The notes under the pieces are model-generated. The model searched no databases. It was given only the letters and a program-made list of their open reading frames with translations, and was not told the origin of the DNA. From NCBI RefSeq assembly GCF_006345805.1, contig NC_043020.1:15624001-15688000 (forward strand): a DNA stretch of 64,000 bases, given 5' to 3'. Below, one piece after another: positions 61,606-64,000 of this stretch (position 1 is the stretch's first letter; each line of letters opens with the position of its first letter). This DNA is from Octopus sinensis. Its lineage: Eukaryota. Both the position numbers and the translations under genes were made by a program.

Positions 61606-61657
61606 GTATCTGATGAAATGGACAAGTCCTACATATACATGAAACTTAAAGTCATAC
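61606..61657 (+). ncRNA. Type I hammerhead ribozyme with intact core
   Basis: GUAU-CUGAUGA-A-AUG/CAU-GAAA-CUUAAAG-UC-AUAC; GUC cleavage triplet. Confidence 0.65.
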
Positions 61658-61740
61658 GAAGCTGAGACAAACTGTTATTAAAAAGATTATATGTAACTCA
61701 TAACAAATGTACTGAGGGCAACTTTCTTTTGTTTTGTTCA

Positions 61741-61792
<52 letters not shown>

Positions 61793-62205
61793 TATATATA
61801 TGCCTACGTGAATTGTTTTTGAGTATACATTGTCTGGGAGACTCTTCTTATAGTAGAGGAAATAGCTAAATTCTTTGGCTGCTATTTCTAAAAGTTCGGT
61901 GTGTGGTAAAGTCAATTTTTTTGCTGAACCCTAATTATATAAAGTAATGTTTAAGTATACTGTAAATGGTAAAATTATTAATTATTAAAATTATTAATTA
62001 CTAATTGATTAATTTTACCCTTATTATTATTCACTATATATATATACATATATATCATCATCATCGTTTAATGTCCGCTTTCCATGCTAGCATGGGTTGG
62101 ACAATTTGACTGAAGTCTGGCGAACCAGATGGCTGTACCAGACTCCAATCTGATCTGGCAGAGTTTCTACAGCTGGATGCCCTTCCTAACCATTCCAAGA
62201 GTGTA

Positions 62206-62254
<49 letters not shown>

Positions 62255-62539
62255 GGTGTGGCTGCGTGGTAAGAAGTTTGCTTTTTCAACCTCATGGTTC
62301 CAAGTTCAGTTCAGTTCTACCACATGGCACCTTGGGCAAGTCTTCTACTATAGCCTCGGACTGATTTGGACTAGAATATAAGAATTTGTGTTAACTAATA
62401 GAGGTTATATCATCCTGACACATTTCTTAAATACAGAAACCTCTAGAATAAGTTTTGGCAAGGCTATGTAACATCATTTGCACAATCATTTTGCAACCTT
62501 CTTTTGGTTAACAAACTATTCTAACCGTGGCATCATTGT

Positions 62540-63845
62540 GAATGTGCAGACATACAGTTCTGACTCAAAGGAGAAAAAATTGTTGATGCTTGGTTGCTGG
62601 AGATGGGTACAAGGCAATATCTAAGAATCTCAATTTGGATAGATAAACTGTTCGCAACATAATCATAAAACATTAACATACTGCCTTGTAGGAGAACAAG
62701 AGTAGATGTATCAGAAAGAAACTATTTTCAGAACAAGAAGAGCAAATGTTAGCTAAAATGGTTAACAATGATCCTAAGATAACAACTGCAGTGATGAAGC
62801 CCAATTTAACAGTTTTTGGAGTTCATACTTCAAGGTCAACGGTTACTTGAACTCTCAATAGAGGTGGATTGGAGGTGTGCTGTCTCTGGAAGATACCATA
62901 GTTGAAGCAGCAACACTTAATTTTCTGAAGAGGCTTGAGCATTTTTGGCATTCTGTTCTGTCATTTGACAAAACCAAACTCAAGTTATTCAGTCACAATG
63001 ATAGGACTACTGCTTGGAGGAAAAGAGGAGAAGCTTACAATCCGAAGAATACTATCAATACCATCAAATATGGTGGAGGCAGTATAATGTTGTGGAGCGG
63101 TTTTTCTGCTGAAGGCACTGGAAAATTAATATGAAATGAAGGAATGATGAAAAAAAGAGAATTATCTTGATGTTTTGAATGAAAACCTGAAGGCGCAGGA
63201 GTGGCTGTGTGGTAAGTAGCTTGCTTACCAGCCACATGGTTCCGGGTTCAGTCCCACTGCGTGGCATCTTGGGCAAGTGTCTTCTGCTATAGCCTCAGGC
63301 CGACCAAAGCCTTGTGAGTGGATTTGGTAGACGGAAACTGAAAGAAGCCTGTCGTATATATGTATATATATATATGTATATGTATGTGTGTGTATAAGTT
63401 TGTGTGTCTGTGTTTGTCCCTCTAGCATTGCTTGACAGCCGATGCTGGTGTGTTTACATCCCTGTCACTTAGCGGTTCGGCAAAAAGAGACCGATAGAAT
63501 AAGTACTGGGCTTACAAAGAATAAGTCCCGGGGTCGATTTGCTCGACTAAAGGCGGTGCTCCAGCATGGCCGCAGTCAAATGACTGGAACAAGTAAAAGA
63601 GTAAAAGAGTAGAGTAAAAGAGTAAAAGAGTAATGGACAAAGCAGCTGGGATTAGGACACCATTGGACCTTCATGCAGGAGAATGGTCCCAAGCATACCT
63701 CACTTTTAACCCAAAATTTGTTGAAATAAAATAATATAGATATAATCAAAGTTCTCACTTAAACCCAATAAAAAACTTATGGTGGAGCTAAAGAAAAGAG
63801 TGAAAGCAAAAAGGCCATCTAATTTGAAGCAGCTCGAAGAATTGT
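62540..63845 (+). pseudogene. Tc1-family transposase remnant interrupted by SINE A
   Basis: GDGYKAISKNL, DKTKLKLF, TIKYGGGSIMLWSGFSAEGTG, WTFMQENGPKHTS, LNPIKNLW.ELKKRV. Confidence 0.85.
63192..63632 (+). mobile_element. SINE family A, full length and young-looking
   Basis: Near consensus, with a long (GTAAAAGA)n tail. Confidence 0.92.
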
Positions 63846-63846
63846 T

Positions 63847-64000
63847 GTGACCCCCTTCGGTCAGACACTGACCATAGGTTTGCACCTAGAGAGTTACCCT
63901 CTGTTGTCCAAGGGAAAGGCAAGGGCCGATACAGCTTGGCACCTGTGACGTTGCAACTCATTTCTACAGCTGAGTGAACTGGAGCAACGTGAAATAAAGT
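63847..64000 (-). mobile_element. SINE family D, 3' part, running off the window
   Basis: Matches 47601-47840. Confidence 0.8.

Noticed and set aside
6436-63428. Many similar 60-140 aa ORFs (MLGGQTQTH..., MPKMPRSGTEPG...)
   Set aside because: They are chance frames in SINE A, B and C copies, not a gene family.

Overview
Repeat-dense animal genomic DNA, AT-rich and full of (TA)n, (CA)n, (GA)n, (AAT)n and (GAT)n microsatellites. The SINE families point to an octopod cephalopod, probably Octopus (inference). I recognise no host protein-coding exon; nearly all listed ORFs come from microsatellites or SINEs. Contents: (1) a near-full-length Tx1-clade (L1 group) LINE on the minus strand, 30525-36373, with a CCHC ORF1 and an APE-RT-zf ORF2 broken by frameshifts; (2) head-to-head with it, a 5'-truncated R4/Dong-clade LINE (RT, CCHC, restriction-like endonuclease), 36456-38518, with both elements bounded by (AAT)n arrays; (3) remnants of CR1, RTE, Penelope, Tc1, mariner, a non-autonomous Helitron and TTAA MITEs; (4) dozens of tRNA-headed SINE copies, which I label families A, B/B2, D, E, F and G, plus many RTE 3'UTR copies (C). 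Main leads: a set of minimal type I hammerhead ribozymes with covarying 3:8 core pairs; a tRNA-headed, hammerhead-bearing element (G) that occurs as inverted head-to-head twins at three loci; and a SINE (B/B2) that shares its 3' end with the Tx1 LINE and makes 13-22 bp target-site duplications. Repeat-copy boundaries are approximate, to within a few tens of bp.
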